Origin: Verrucomicrobiia bacterium
Lineage (GTDB): Bacteria > Zixibacteria > MSB-5A5 > DSPP01
Direction of reading: 5' to 3'
NCBI GenBank assembly: GCA_035574275.1
Contig: DATLYY010000064.1
Location: 6,516-70,515, forward strand
DNA: 64,000 bases
The notes below the pieces were generated by a model. It was not told where the DNA came from. It saw only the letters and a program-made list of their open reading frames with translations, and ran no database searches. Positions 19,688 to 29,126 of the stretch are shown here, one piece after another; position 1 is the stretch's first letter, and each line of letters begins with the position of its first letter. The position numbers were made by a program, and so were the translations under genes.

Positions 19688-22600
19688 AAAAGGGGTTTTG
19701 GGGTTTTTGGTTTGTGCTCTTTGGCGGGTGGCTTCCGCTGGCCGCCGAGGTTGCCGTATTGCCTGCCAGCGGCGTTGTTGACCGCGCCGAGGTGCATCGG
19801 ATTTTGGTTTCCAACACCCCTTTCCCGGCGGCGGGGAAAGTGGTTTTCGAATTTCCCGATGCGTTCACGCTGACGACGCTACGCTCGGTGAAAGCGCGGA
19901 CACCCGACGGCTCCCCCGCTGCTTTTAAGCTTGAAGGATTAAAGGTCGCCGGAGGAAAAGTCGAAGCGGATTTCAAAAACAGCGTTTCTCTTTCGACTTC
20001 AAGTTTCGTATTCGAACTGAACAAACTGCAAAACCCCCGCCGGGCGAAGCGTTTTATCGCCACAGTTATTGTTCTAAATGAAAATGGTGATACCGTCATC
20101 AAAACGTCTGCTCCATTTTCCGTTGTGCCTGACAAGCTGGAAAAACTTTTGATCATCAGCCCGCCTGACAGTACCGTTCGTGCGGGTCAGTTGATGGAAC
20201 TATACGCGCGAGCCGAAGACCGTTTCGGCAATGCGGTTGAAGGAGCGCCGGTAGAATGGAAAATTGCACGCGGCTCGGAAGGCGGCGGCACGTTCCTCGA
20301 CAACCGTTTCTTCGCCGCGCGGGCCGGAGAGATTGTAGTTGCGGCATCCAGCGGCGGTCTGGCCAGCCAGCCCCTGCGGCTCAACATCGTTGCCGGTTCA
20401 CTGGACACTTTTGAAATAATCGGAACCCCGGAATCCACGGTGGCCGGTGTACCCTTTCCGGGGTCGGCCGGGGATAGTATTGTGGTCACGGCCAAAGACC
20501 AGTTCGGCAACAGCGTGACCGATTTTTCCGGCACGGTTTCGTTCTCTTCCGACGACCCGCTGGCGGTTCTGCCCGCGCCATACACTTTCACCGTCGGCAG
20601 CGGGCAGGATAACGGGCGGCACGCTTTTCCCGGAAGCCAGTTTGTTTTGAAAAGAGCGGGGGAAATGAAAATTTCCGTTTCATCCGGCGGCAAAGCCGGA
20701 AGTTCGCTGCCGATTCAAGTGGCGGCGAACTATCTGGCGGATTTCTTTTTTTTCGCCCCGCCGGAGGCAATCGCCGGAAAGGCGTTTGATGTCACCGTGG
20801 CCGGGGGCATAGACCTTTACGGCAATCCGGCTTCCGGAACGGTCAACATGATTCCCGTTCTGGGGGGCGGCGCTTCCCCCAGCGGGGCGGTGCCGGCTTT
20901 CAGTTCGGTGACGGTGGTTTCAGGCACGGGCCGGTCGCAGCAGACGCTGGTTGCCACCACGCCCACCGTTTTGCGCGGATCGAACGGCATTTTCACCTCT
21001 TTCAGCGACACGATTCAGGTTCGGCCTGCGGTGTTGGGAGGTTTTTCGCTTTTGCTTTTGCCGGATACTTTGAGCGCCGGCGATTCGGTTGCCACTTTTT
21101 CGGTGGAAGCGAAAGACCGTTTCGGCAATTTGAAAACCGATTTTACCGGCGGCGGGTATTTTGCCAGTTCCGATGCGAGGGCCATCCTGCAATATTCCGC
21201 CGGCAATCCCTACTCGTTTACTTCCGCCGATGCCGGGCGGCATACCTTCCCCGGCTCTTTTGTGCGGTTTTTAAACAAGGGGACGCAGAGTTTGACTTTC
21301 GGCGACGATTCGCTCCGTTCCCCCGCTGTTTTCTTTTCGATTCTGCCCGGCGCCGCGGCCAGTTTTTCGGTTTCCGCTCCTTCAAATGTTACAGCGGGCG
21401 CGCCGTTTAACGTTTCGGTGCAAGACGCCGTGGACGGTTTTGGTAACAGCGTTTCTTTATCCGTGCAGGTCGGCTTAAAATCCGGCAGCGGGACTTCCCC
21501 CTCTGGTGACGGCCCCGTGCTTCCGACGATTGCCGTCGCCGATGGATTTGGGCAGGGGCAGGCGGTTTTGCCCAAGGCGGAGAAGGCGGTATTGGAAGGG
21601 GTTGCCGGGGCGCTGCGATTTTCCACCGATACTACAGCTGTTGCTGCGGCTGGCTTGGAGAAATTTGAATGGAACTTGGGTTCTCCACAGACCTCCGGCG
21701 TACCATTTTCCGCACCCGCCACGCTTTCCGCCAAAGACCGGTTCGGAAATCTGAAAGACAATTTTGACGCCTCGGCCGACAGCGTGGTGCTCGGTTCCCA
21801 GCCCTCGGGCAATTGGGAGAAAAACATTTTGAAAAGTCAGGCCGACTTTGTTTTGGGCGTCGCCAATCTTTCAGCGCTGGGCGTCCGTTTCTTCGGCCCG
21901 GCCAATACGTATGTTTTTTCGGCGACCAGCGGCAGCGGAAAGACGGGAAGTTCTTCGCCTGTCGAGGTTCGTTCGGTTTTCGTCGATTCCTTCTCGCTTG
22001 TTCCCTCCAACATCATTCGTGGCCAGAATTTTTCCGTGGGTTTTCGAATTACCAATCAATCCCCCGCCCCGTTTGTTTTGGAAGGGGTCACCCTGCGAGC
22101 GGGGGGAGAGATGTTGATACTTTCTCTGCCCGCCCTGCCGGACAGTTTGGCCCCCTCCGGAAAAAGCGGTTATTCCGCCACAAGCTTGATTCCGGGGGAT
22201 TTTCCAGTGGGGAAATTCGGGGTGCAACTGGAACTGTCGGGGCGTTTCGGCGCCAATTTCACCACCATTCGGACGCCCGTTTTGGATTCGCTGGCAGTTG
22301 TCGATTCGCTTTTTTTGCGCCCGTCGGCCGAAGGGTTGAATTTTGAGCGGGTCTCCAAGAGCCGGTTGTATCCTTTCGCCGTAAAGCTGGTCAACCAGTC
22401 CAATTTTGACGTGGTTTTGGATCCGGCCACGCGGCTCGTTTTCAGCCGCGGCGCCACATCCCGATCGTTTTTCATTGCGAACACGACTCTTTTGCCGCGA
22501 AGCGGGGAGGGGATTGTAAACTTCCGGTCGGACAGTTTTCCTTTGGAAAGCGTTTCCGGCGCGTACGCCGGTTCACTTATTCTGTTTGGACGGCGGGACG

Positions 22601-24483
22601 GCATCAGCCACACCGATTCATTTACTCTCGGCGATTCCATCCTCCTAGAAGATCCTTCCCGGATTTACTATGTTGCCGGTTCCCTTTCACCCACCGCGGC
22701 GCTTCTCGAAACTCCTCTGAATTTCCATTTGCGACTGGGGAACGACGGCCAGGCGGTTTTAAAAGCGGATACCCTTTCGCAACTTGTTTTAGTTCACGGC
22801 AGTGACTCCATTTTCGGATACCTCCAGCCGACCGTGCCGATTGCCCCCGGGCCGCCGAGCGAACTCAACTTCCGGGTTACCCGGCTCCCCACTCCCCCGC
22901 CGAAGGGAATTTTCAACTGGAAACCATCTGTTAAACTTTCCGGGACTGAAAACGGACTGGCGGTCGACTCTCTTTTGGCCCTGCCGGATTCCGTCACCCT
23001 TTACCCGCAGCCCGCTTTGATACTGGATTCGCTTTGGGCCGTGACCTCCTCCCGCAACCGGGTCAACAGCGACCGGACTTTTCCCATCCGGGTACGGTTG
23101 TCCAACCCTTCGGCGGAAACGCTTTCGGCAACCTGGCTTTACCTAAAAGAGGGGAATACGCAGGTGGCTTCGCTCGTCGTTCCCGTTCTGGCGCCACAGG
23201 AGACGGCGGAGAGAAACCTTGTCGTCCCGGCCGATTCCAACAAACTGGGGACGTTTACCTACGAGATGGAGGTTCTTCCCGGATACGGCACCGTTTCTGC
23301 CGCCCCCGCCGAGTTGACGGTGAAAATGAATCAAGTCACCATTCAGCGTCAGCGGAAGGCGGTTCTGGAACTTTCACCGGAGGTTGCCGCCCCTCCCTCC
23401 GCCCGCGGGGGAATTCTGCCCGCCGGTCAGACGATGACTTTGGCCGTGGCGCTCGGCAATTTGGGAGAAGCGCCGGTCGGCACGGGGCAGGTACGAATCA
23501 AAGTTGCCCCACCCATTTTGACGTTCATTTCCGATTCGAGTGCTGCAATTTCTGCCACCCAGCCGGCTGTCTTCCAGCTTTTGGCGCAGGAGACCATCGA
23601 TTCCGGCCGGATTGTGGCGTACTGGCATCAAATTCCGAACGATTCCAACACCGCCTCCCCAGCGGAAGTTTTTTCCGACTCGGTTGAACTTTTCTTCCGA
23701 ATCATTCCCGCCCGGATTGCCCTTTTGATTTCGGCCGTGGAAAAACCCTCGCCGCTTTTGTACGCCGGTGAGCCGGCCACCCCCTTCGAGCTTGGCTTTT
23801 CCAATCCGGACGCATCCGGCAGCCATCATTTTCTGGTGAAAAAAGTTTCGATAAGGATAGGCGGGCTGCGCATGGCGGCGGAGCTTTCCGCCTTCCAGTC
23901 CGCCGTTCTTTCGGGCGGCGGCAGTTCCTCTCCCGCAACCATTGAAGATGGCCGCTTGTCGTTCGAATTTACTCCGCCGGTGCTGATCGGCCCGGAGGAG
24001 ACCCGGACTCTTGCACTGACCGTCCGGCCGGAAATGCAGATTTCCCAGTCACTCCGGTTCTACTCCAGCGCAACGCTGATTGAAGCGTTAGATTCCGTTT
24101 CGGGGGCTCCTCCCGTGCCGGCTTTGCTTTTAAATCCAAACGGCCAGCCGTTCGACTACACCTCCTCGGTTTTCACCACGGCCTCCGGCGCGGGGCTGGC
24201 CGCTTCGCTTGTCACTTATCCCAACCCGTTTTCGCCGCCGGCCGAAAAAATTCAAATTTCCTACCGGCTTTCCGCCGCCTCCGAGGTGGATTTGAAAATT
24301 TACACGCTGGCAGGCGAACTGGTGATGCAAAAAGCGTACGCCAGCAGTGCAGGGGTCAACCAAATTGAATGGGACGGTTGCAACGGAAAAGGGGAGATGG
24401 TCAAAAACGGGGTGTACCTTGCCGTTATCCGCTCAACGGCCACGGGGGAAACGGTCAAACAGAAACTGGCGGTGGTGAAATGA
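19684..24483 (+). CDS. Giant (1599 aa) surface protein with repeated Ig-like modules and a T9SS-type (FlgD-Ig-like) C-terminal sorting domain
   Basis: A signal peptide is present. Recurrent modules are marked by A(E/K)D(R/Q)FGN. The C-terminus reads TYPNPFSP...IYTLAGELV...WDGCNGKGEMVKNGVYLAVI...KLAVVK. Confidence 0.8.
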   Translation: MKKGFWGFWFVLFGGWLPLAAEVAVLPASGVVDRAEVHRILVSNTPFPAAGKVVFEFPDAFTLTTLRSVKARTPDGSPAAFKLEGLKVAGGKVEADFKNSVSLSTSSFVFELNKLQNPRRAKRFIATVIVLNENGDTVIKTSAPFSVVPDKLEKLLIISPPDSTVRAGQLMELYARAEDRFGNAVEGAPVEWKIARGSEGGGTFLDNRFFAARAGEIVVAASSGGLASQPLRLNIVAGSLDTFEIIGTPESTVAGVPFPGSAGDSIVVTAKDQFGNSVTDFSGTVSFSSDDPLAVLPAPYTFTVGSGQDNGRHAFPGSQFVLKRAGEMKISVSSGGKAGSSLPIQVAANYLADFFFFAPPEAIAGKAFDVTVAGGIDLYGNPASGTVNMIPVLGGGASPSGAVPAFSSVTVVSGTGRSQQTLVATTPTVLRGSNGIFTSFSDTIQVRPAVLGGFSLLLLPDTLSAGDSVATFSVEAKDRFGNLKTDFTGGGYFASSDARAILQYSAGNPYSFTSADAGRHTFPGSFVRFLNKGTQSLTFGDDSLRSPAVFFSILPGAAASFSVSAPSNVTAGAPFNVSVQDAVDGFGNSVSLSVQVGLKSGSGTSPSGDGPVLPTIAVADGFGQGQAVLPKAEKAVLEGVAGALRFSTDTTAVAAAGLEKFEWNLGSPQTSGVPFSAPATLSAKDRFGNLKDNFDASADSVVLGSQPSGNWEKNILKSQADFVLGVANLSALGVRFFGPANTYVFSATSGSGKTGSSSPVEVRSVFVDSFSLVPSNIIRGQNFSVGFRITNQSPAPFVLEGVTLRAGGEMLILSLPALPDSLAPSGKSGYSATSLIPGDFPVGKFGVQLELSGRFGANFTTIRTPVLDSLAVVDSLFLRPSAEGLNFERVSKSRLYPFAVKLVNQSNFDVVLDPATRLVFSRGATSRSFFIANTTLLPRSGEGIVNFRSDSFPLESVSGAYAGSLILFGRRDGISHTDSFTLGDSILLEDPSRIYYVAGSLSPTAALLETPLNFHLRLGNDGQAVLKADTLSQLVLVHGSDSIFGYLQPTVPIAPGPPSELNFRVTRLPTPPPKGIFNWKPSVKLSGTENGLAVDSLLALPDSVTLYPQPALILDSLWAVTSSRNRVNSDRTFPIRVRLSNPSAETLSATWLYLKEGNTQVASLVVPVLAPQETAERNLVVPADSNKLGTFTYEMEVLPGYGTVSAAPAELTVKMNQVTIQRQRKAVLELSPEVAAPPSARGGILPAGQTMTLAVALGNLGEAPVGTGQVRIKVAPPILTFISDSSAAISATQPAVFQLLAQETIDSGRIVAYWHQIPNDSNTASPAEVFSDSVELFFRIIPARIALLISAVEKPSPLLYAGEPATPFELGFSNPDASGSHHFLVKKVSIRIGGLRMAAELSAFQSAVLSGGGSSSPATIEDGRLSFEFTPPVLIGPEETRTLALTVRPEMQISQSLRFYSSATLIEALDSVSGAPPVPALLLNPNGQPFDYTSSVFTTASGAGLAASLVTYPNPFSPPAEKIQISYRLSAASEVDLKIYTLAGELVMQKAYASSAGVNQIEWDGCNGKGEMVKNGVYLAVIRSTATGETVKQKLAVVK

Positions 24484-26285
24484 AAAGAATCGGGCCGGTC
24501 TTCCTGCTTGCCGTTCTTTTGCTACGTTCAATCGCTTTTGGCCTGGAAGGGAGTTCCGGCACTTCTTCTCTTTTCCTGCTTGGAGCCGGGACGCGGGCGG
24601 TGGGGATGGGGGGGAGCTTTGTTTCCATCGCGGACGACGCTTCGGCCGTTTTCTGGAACCCGGCGGGTTTGGCGCGGCTGCCTTTCAGCGAACTCGATTT
24701 CTCCCACGTCACGCTGCCGGAAGGGAGCGAGTTTGACTTTGCCGGACTCGCTTATCCCACCGTTGGGCATGGTTCTTTTGCTCTGGGGTTTTTGCGGGTC
24801 GGGACGGACGGCATTTTCTCCCGCGATTCCCGGGCCGCCGAGTTGGGTTCCACCTCCTTTTCCGAAACGGAAATTCTGTTGGCATACGGCTATCCTTTGT
24901 TTAAGTTTCTATCCGTGGGAGGAACTTTTAAAGCGTACAACCAGTCGCTGGCCGGCTATTCGGCCAACGCGGCCGGCGCGGATTTCGGCCTTCTTATCGA
25001 GCCGTACGAAAATCTCTTTTTGGGCCTGAACGCCCAGGATGCCGTCTCCTCCGATTTGAAATTGAACAGCAGCAAGGAATCGATCCCCAGAAATTTCAAA
25101 GCGGGGGCGTCGTATCTTCTGCCGCTCGGCCAAAGTTTCTGGGGGGTGCGGACGGCGGTGGATGCCGAGAAATCGGAAAACGCGCCGGTGGCCTGGCATG
25201 CCGGCGCGGAGGTGTCGTATCGAAGCTCTGTTTTTGTCCGAGGCGGCTATGACCGAGAGAGGGTAACTTTTGGCTTCGGGCTGGCTTTCCAAAGACTCGG
25301 CTTGGATTACGCCTTCAAGCCGCAGCCGGAGGGGTTTTCCGCCAGCCACCGCTTCGGTTTTTCGTTCCGCTTCGGCCCGTCCGTCCAAGAGCGGAAACAA
25401 GGCGGTTTGGAAAGGCGGCAACGAGTGGAGCGGGAAAATTTCCTGCGGGCCAATCGCGACCGCCTGGAGGCCTACCGCTCGCAGGCGGAAAGTTTCGGCA
25501 CTTCCGGTCAAAATGATTCAGCTTTGGCCTACGTGCGGTTGGCTTTGGGAATCGACCCGGAAAATGAGATTTTAATGAAGGAGGCCGTCCGGCTGGAAAA
25601 TCTGGTGCGGACGGAAAAGGAGACAAAAGAAGAAGAGGCGTTGACTCTCCGGCTGCAGCAGGAAGGGCTGGAGTCCGCCCAGCGGGAGTATTCGGCCGGA
25701 AACTTCAAAAAAGCGCTGGGACATTTGGAAGAGCGGGCAGGGTTGGGGGACGGGGAGTTCGCAGCACTGGCGGGACGGATTCGGGCCAGTTTGGACTCGG
25801 CCAAAGGCAGTTTGGATTCCGCCGGCTGGCGGGCCTTCCGCGAGAAACGATTCGAGGCAGCGTTGGCCGCCTGGGAGAAGATGGCCGCTTTGGATCCGGC
25901 GGATACTTTGGCCTCCGGGCGGTTCCGTCTTGTGGCGGAAGAAATAAAAATTTCCGATTTGCTTAAAAAGGGGATCGCCGATTTTGAAGCAGGGCGGCTT
26001 TTTTCCGCCCAGCAAAACTTCGAAGAGATATTGAAACTGCGCCCGGGGGAGCCGACCGCCTCTGCGTACCTGCAAAAAATACGCTCTACGGCTGCGCGCC
26101 CCACGACGCTGGAGGATTTGCAAAAAGACCCGGAGGCCTGGCGGCTCTACAACGAAGGGCTTTCGGCCTATACGGCGCGCGATTATCAAAAAGCGCTCGA
26201 AATCTGGCAGGGGCTTCTTTTGCGCTATCCCAACAACGAGGCGCTTTTGCGCAACGTGGCGGATGCCCGGAAACGGCTGCAATGA
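24480..26285 (+). CDS. PorV/PorQ-like outer-membrane barrel fused to a C-terminal coiled-coil/TPR region
   Basis: ATG 24480 overlaps the upstream stop (ATGA), and a signal peptide is present. The motif GTRAVGMGGSFVSIADDASAVFWNPAGLA matches the family. The barrel ends at ...HRFGFSFRF, and about 270 aa of TPR-like helices follow. Confidence 0.65.
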   Translation: MKRIGPVFLLAVLLLRSIAFGLEGSSGTSSLFLLGAGTRAVGMGGSFVSIADDASAVFWNPAGLARLPFSELDFSHVTLPEGSEFDFAGLAYPTVGHGSFALGFLRVGTDGIFSRDSRAAELGSTSFSETEILLAYGYPLFKFLSVGGTFKAYNQSLAGYSANAAGADFGLLIEPYENLFLGLNAQDAVSSDLKLNSSKESIPRNFKAGASYLLPLGQSFWGVRTAVDAEKSENAPVAWHAGAEVSYRSSVFVRGGYDRERVTFGFGLAFQRLGLDYAFKPQPEGFSASHRFGFSFRFGPSVQERKQGGLERRQRVERENFLRANRDRLEAYRSQAESFGTSGQNDSALAYVRLALGIDPENEILMKEAVRLENLVRTEKETKEEEALTLRLQQEGLESAQREYSAGNFKKALGHLEERAGLGDGEFAALAGRIRASLDSAKGSLDSAGWRAFREKRFEAALAAWEKMAALDPADTLASGRFRLVAEEIKISDLLKKGIADFEAGRLFSAQQNFEEILKLRPGEPTASAYLQKIRSTAARPTTLEDLQKDPEAWRLYNEGLSAYTARDYQKALEIWQGLLLRYPNNEALLRNVADARKRLQ

Positions 26286-28369
26286 GCCGGGCGTTAAAAG
26301 AGAGCACCGCTTTTTTCCAAGCCAAGCCGGAAGCGCTGGAGGAACTGCACCGGTTTTTGATTTCGGCCTTGTGGGAGCTTTCGCTTTCCACCAAGGACCA
26401 AAGCGCCTTTTGGCTGGCGGTGGAGGAGGCAGCCACCAACGTCATCCGCCACGCCTATTTGTACGCCGAAGGGCCCCTGCGACTCACCGTCCGCACGGCC
26501 AGGGATTACGTGGAGTTTTCCCTTTACGACCGTGGCCGGCGGCTGGAAATCAAGGAGGGGGAAAAATTGGATTTGTCCCGTTTGGTTGAGACCGGCCGCA
26601 AAGGGGGACTGGGGCTATATCTCATTGAAAAAATCATGGACGAGGTGGGGTATTTGTCGCGCGGGGAGGAGAACGAATTCCGGATGCGCAAGTACCTCAA
26701 AAATTCCCCCCTCCCCCAGCTCGTCCGCTTTTCCTTGCGCACCAAAGTGGCCCTCTTCGGAACCATTATTCTCGGCGGGCTGGTCGCAGGCAGTTTTTTT
26801 GCCGCCCAGCGAAAAATCACAGAAACCGTGACCGCCAATTTTGAGCAAAAACTTCTGGATCTGGCCGGCGGGCTGGCTTCCGCCGCTACAGACGGGCTTT
26901 TCAACCAGAACGACTTGATGCTTTCCAGTTTGGCTTCCAAAACCCGGGAGGACCATCCGGAACTCGCGTCGCTTGTGATCGTGGATAAAGAAAACAAGAT
27001 ATGGGCAGACGCCTTTGGTCCGTGGCAGCTGCTTTCGGTCTACCAACCCCCATCCGGCGTTTCGGCGGAGCCGGCCGGCATTCCCCAGCGCTTCGAGGTT
27101 GCGGAAAACAGGGGGGGGTCGAAAACCGGCCATCCGGCGGATGTTCGATATTACCTGGCGCAGGAAATTTATTCCGGTGCCAAACCGCTCGGGCGTGTGC
27201 ATCTTTCCGTCTCCACGGCCGGTCTGGAGGCGGAACTGGCGCAGGCCCGCTCCTTTCTTGTCCAAATCTGCCTTTCCGTTTTTTTATTCGGCACCCTGGC
27301 AATCTGGCTGCTGTCCGCCTATCTTTCCCGCCCCTTCCGGCGGCTGGCAGAGGGGCTGCGCCGGGTTAAGGAGGGGGAAGCGGGTGTACCCGTCACCGGC
27401 CGGGATGAATTCGGCCAAATTGCCCGCAGCGTTAACGAAATCACGGCGCATTTCAAAAAATCGCAGAAAGAGCTTTTGGAACAGGAGAAAATGCGCCGGG
27501 AAATGGAGCTGGCCCAGGAAGTACAGCACGCACTTTTGCCGGCGGAGTTCCCGAAAATCGAAGGAATGGAAGTGGCTGCCTGGTACCAGTCGGCCCGGGA
27601 AGTCGGGGGGGATTTTTTCGACTTCTTTCCGGCCGGACGGGGGCTTTTGGGGATCGCCGTGGCGGACGTTTCCGGCAAGGGGGTGCCGGGGGCTTTGGGG
27701 ATGGCGATGGTGCGAACGGCCTTGCGGTTGGAAGCCAAAGGGGCCTCCTCTCCGGCCGAGATTCTGTGCCGCGTCAACCGGCTGGCCGCCGAAGGGATTG
27801 CCCGGAACATGTTCGTAACCGTTTTCTTGGTGCTTTTGGATGTCAAAATGAGAAAGCTTTACTACTCGTCGGCCGGACACTTGCCGATGCTTTTGTACCG
27901 GGCGGCGGAAGGGAAGGTTTTGCGTTTCAATCCCGGCGGGCTGCCGGTGGGGTTGACTCTGCCGGAGGGAGCGAGTTTCGAAGAGCGAATCAAAGTGGAG
28001 GAACTGACCTTGGGCAAAGGGGATTTCTTTTTGCTTTATACCGACGGCATTGTTGAAGCGGCCAACGACCGCGGGGAACGATTTGGCACGGATCGTCTCG
28101 CCGGTTTGGTCGGGAACTGCGTCGAGCTTTCGGCCGAAGGACTCGTGGATAGATTGAAAACCGAACTGGCCGGCTTTGTCGGTCCGGCTGGTTGGGGGGA
28201 CGACGTTACCGCATTGGTGGTGAAAGATAAGGCCCCGGCCGCCGAGAATAGTAAAGAAGGTTTGGCAAAAGGAGTCGACGGCGTGAAGGTCGCAAGCAAG
28301 AGACCCTGGGCGGAGGCCGCCGGGCTGGAATATACCATCGAAGGGCCGAAAGGGAATGCCGGAAATTAA
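26282..28369 (+). CDS. Membrane partner-switching enzyme: N-terminal RsbW-type kinase domain, 2 TM sensor loop, HAMP and PP2C (SpoIIE/RsbU-type) phosphatase
   Basis: AVEEAATNVIRHAY and GGLGLYLIEKIMDEV indicate HATPase_c_2. Two TM helices are present. DEFGQIARSVNEI indicates HAMP. EVQHALLP, VGGDFFDFF, VADVSGKGVPGAL and LLYTDGIVEA indicate SpoIIE. Confidence 0.8.
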   Translation: MSRALKESTAFFQAKPEALEELHRFLISALWELSLSTKDQSAFWLAVEEAATNVIRHAYLYAEGPLRLTVRTARDYVEFSLYDRGRRLEIKEGEKLDLSRLVETGRKGGLGLYLIEKIMDEVGYLSRGEENEFRMRKYLKNSPLPQLVRFSLRTKVALFGTIILGGLVAGSFFAAQRKITETVTANFEQKLLDLAGGLASAATDGLFNQNDLMLSSLASKTREDHPELASLVIVDKENKIWADAFGPWQLLSVYQPPSGVSAEPAGIPQRFEVAENRGGSKTGHPADVRYYLAQEIYSGAKPLGRVHLSVSTAGLEAELAQARSFLVQICLSVFLFGTLAIWLLSAYLSRPFRRLAEGLRRVKEGEAGVPVTGRDEFGQIARSVNEITAHFKKSQKELLEQEKMRREMELAQEVQHALLPAEFPKIEGMEVAAWYQSAREVGGDFFDFFPAGRGLLGIAVADVSGKGVPGALGMAMVRTALRLEAKGASSPAEILCRVNRLAAEGIARNMFVTVFLVLLDVKMRKLYYSSAGHLPMLLYRAAEGKVLRFNPGGLPVGLTLPEGASFEERIKVEELTLGKGDFFLLYTDGIVEAANDRGERFGTDRLAGLVGNCVELSAEGLVDRLKTELAGFVGPAGWGDDVTALVVKDKAPAAENSKEGLAKGVDGVKVASKRPWAEAAGLEYTIEGPKGNAGN

Positions 28370-29000
28370 AATCTCGCTCGAGGCGGCCAACGGCGGAGGG
28401 CTTTCCATCCTGCGAGTGGACGGGGTGGTGGATACGATGACCGCCTCCGAACTGGAAAAGGTGATGAACTCCCTTCTTTCACAAAAACAGTACCGCATCG
28501 TGGTGGATTTGGGGGGGGTGGATTACATCTCCTCGGCCGGCTGGGGGATTTTCGTCTCCAACATCCGGGAGGTGCGCGCCAACCGGGGGGACATCAAGCT
28601 GGCGCGGATGATGCCATCCGTATACGAGGTGTTCGAGCTTCTGGAATTTGATTCCATTCTGCGGGCTTTTGACTCCATCGACCGGGCGCGGGAGGATTTC
28701 GGCACGGAGTTGCCGGCCGGCAGCTTCAAGGCCGCGCCAGCACCCCCCCTCGTTTCCCCGGGGGGGATTGCGGTTCCCCCTCCGATTAAAGCGGAAGGTT
28801 TGGAGGAGACGCTTCTGCGGTTGGTGGCGGACGATCCGTTTTATTCCATCGGGGAGCTGAAATCGGAGCTGGTGCGGCGCGGCTATGCCATCGGTTTTTG
28901 GGGGCTGGTCCGGCTGCTTTGGAGAAAGAAGCTTTTTTCAACCAAAAGCCGCTACCGCTACGCCCGCTCGGCCGCCCGGCGGGGCTTGCGAATCCCATAG
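28356..29000 (+). CDS. STAS-domain anti-sigma-factor antagonist (SpoIIAA/RsbV-like) with a ~100-aa C-terminal extension
   Basis: The STAS region reads LRVDGVVDTMTASELEKVM...VVDLGGVDYISSAGWGIFVS...LEFDSIL. It overlaps the upstream gene by 14 nt. Confidence 0.75.
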   Translation: MPEIKISLEAANGGGLSILRVDGVVDTMTASELEKVMNSLLSQKQYRIVVDLGGVDYISSAGWGIFVSNIREVRANRGDIKLARMMPSVYEVFELLEFDSILRAFDSIDRAREDFGTELPAGSFKAAPAPPLVSPGGIAVPPPIKAEGLEETLLRLVADDPFYSIGELKSELVRRGYAIGFWGLVRLLWRKKLFSTKSRYRYARSAARRGLRIP

Positions 29001-29126
29001 CTTCCCCTTTTTCCATTCTCAAGAAGCGCTCCGGGCGCGCCGATACCCTCTACGGGGGGAATTTTTACGGAGCGCGCCGAAACAACCGAGAAAATCGCCG
29101 GAAGGCCGGTTTTTTCCGACCTGGTT

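Noticed and set aside
27284-28498. 404-aa minus-strand ORF, together with overlapping plus-strand alternative-frame ORFs 27001..27818.
   Set aside because: They are antisense or out of frame relative to the RsbW/HAMP/PP2C gene, and their composition is low complexity.
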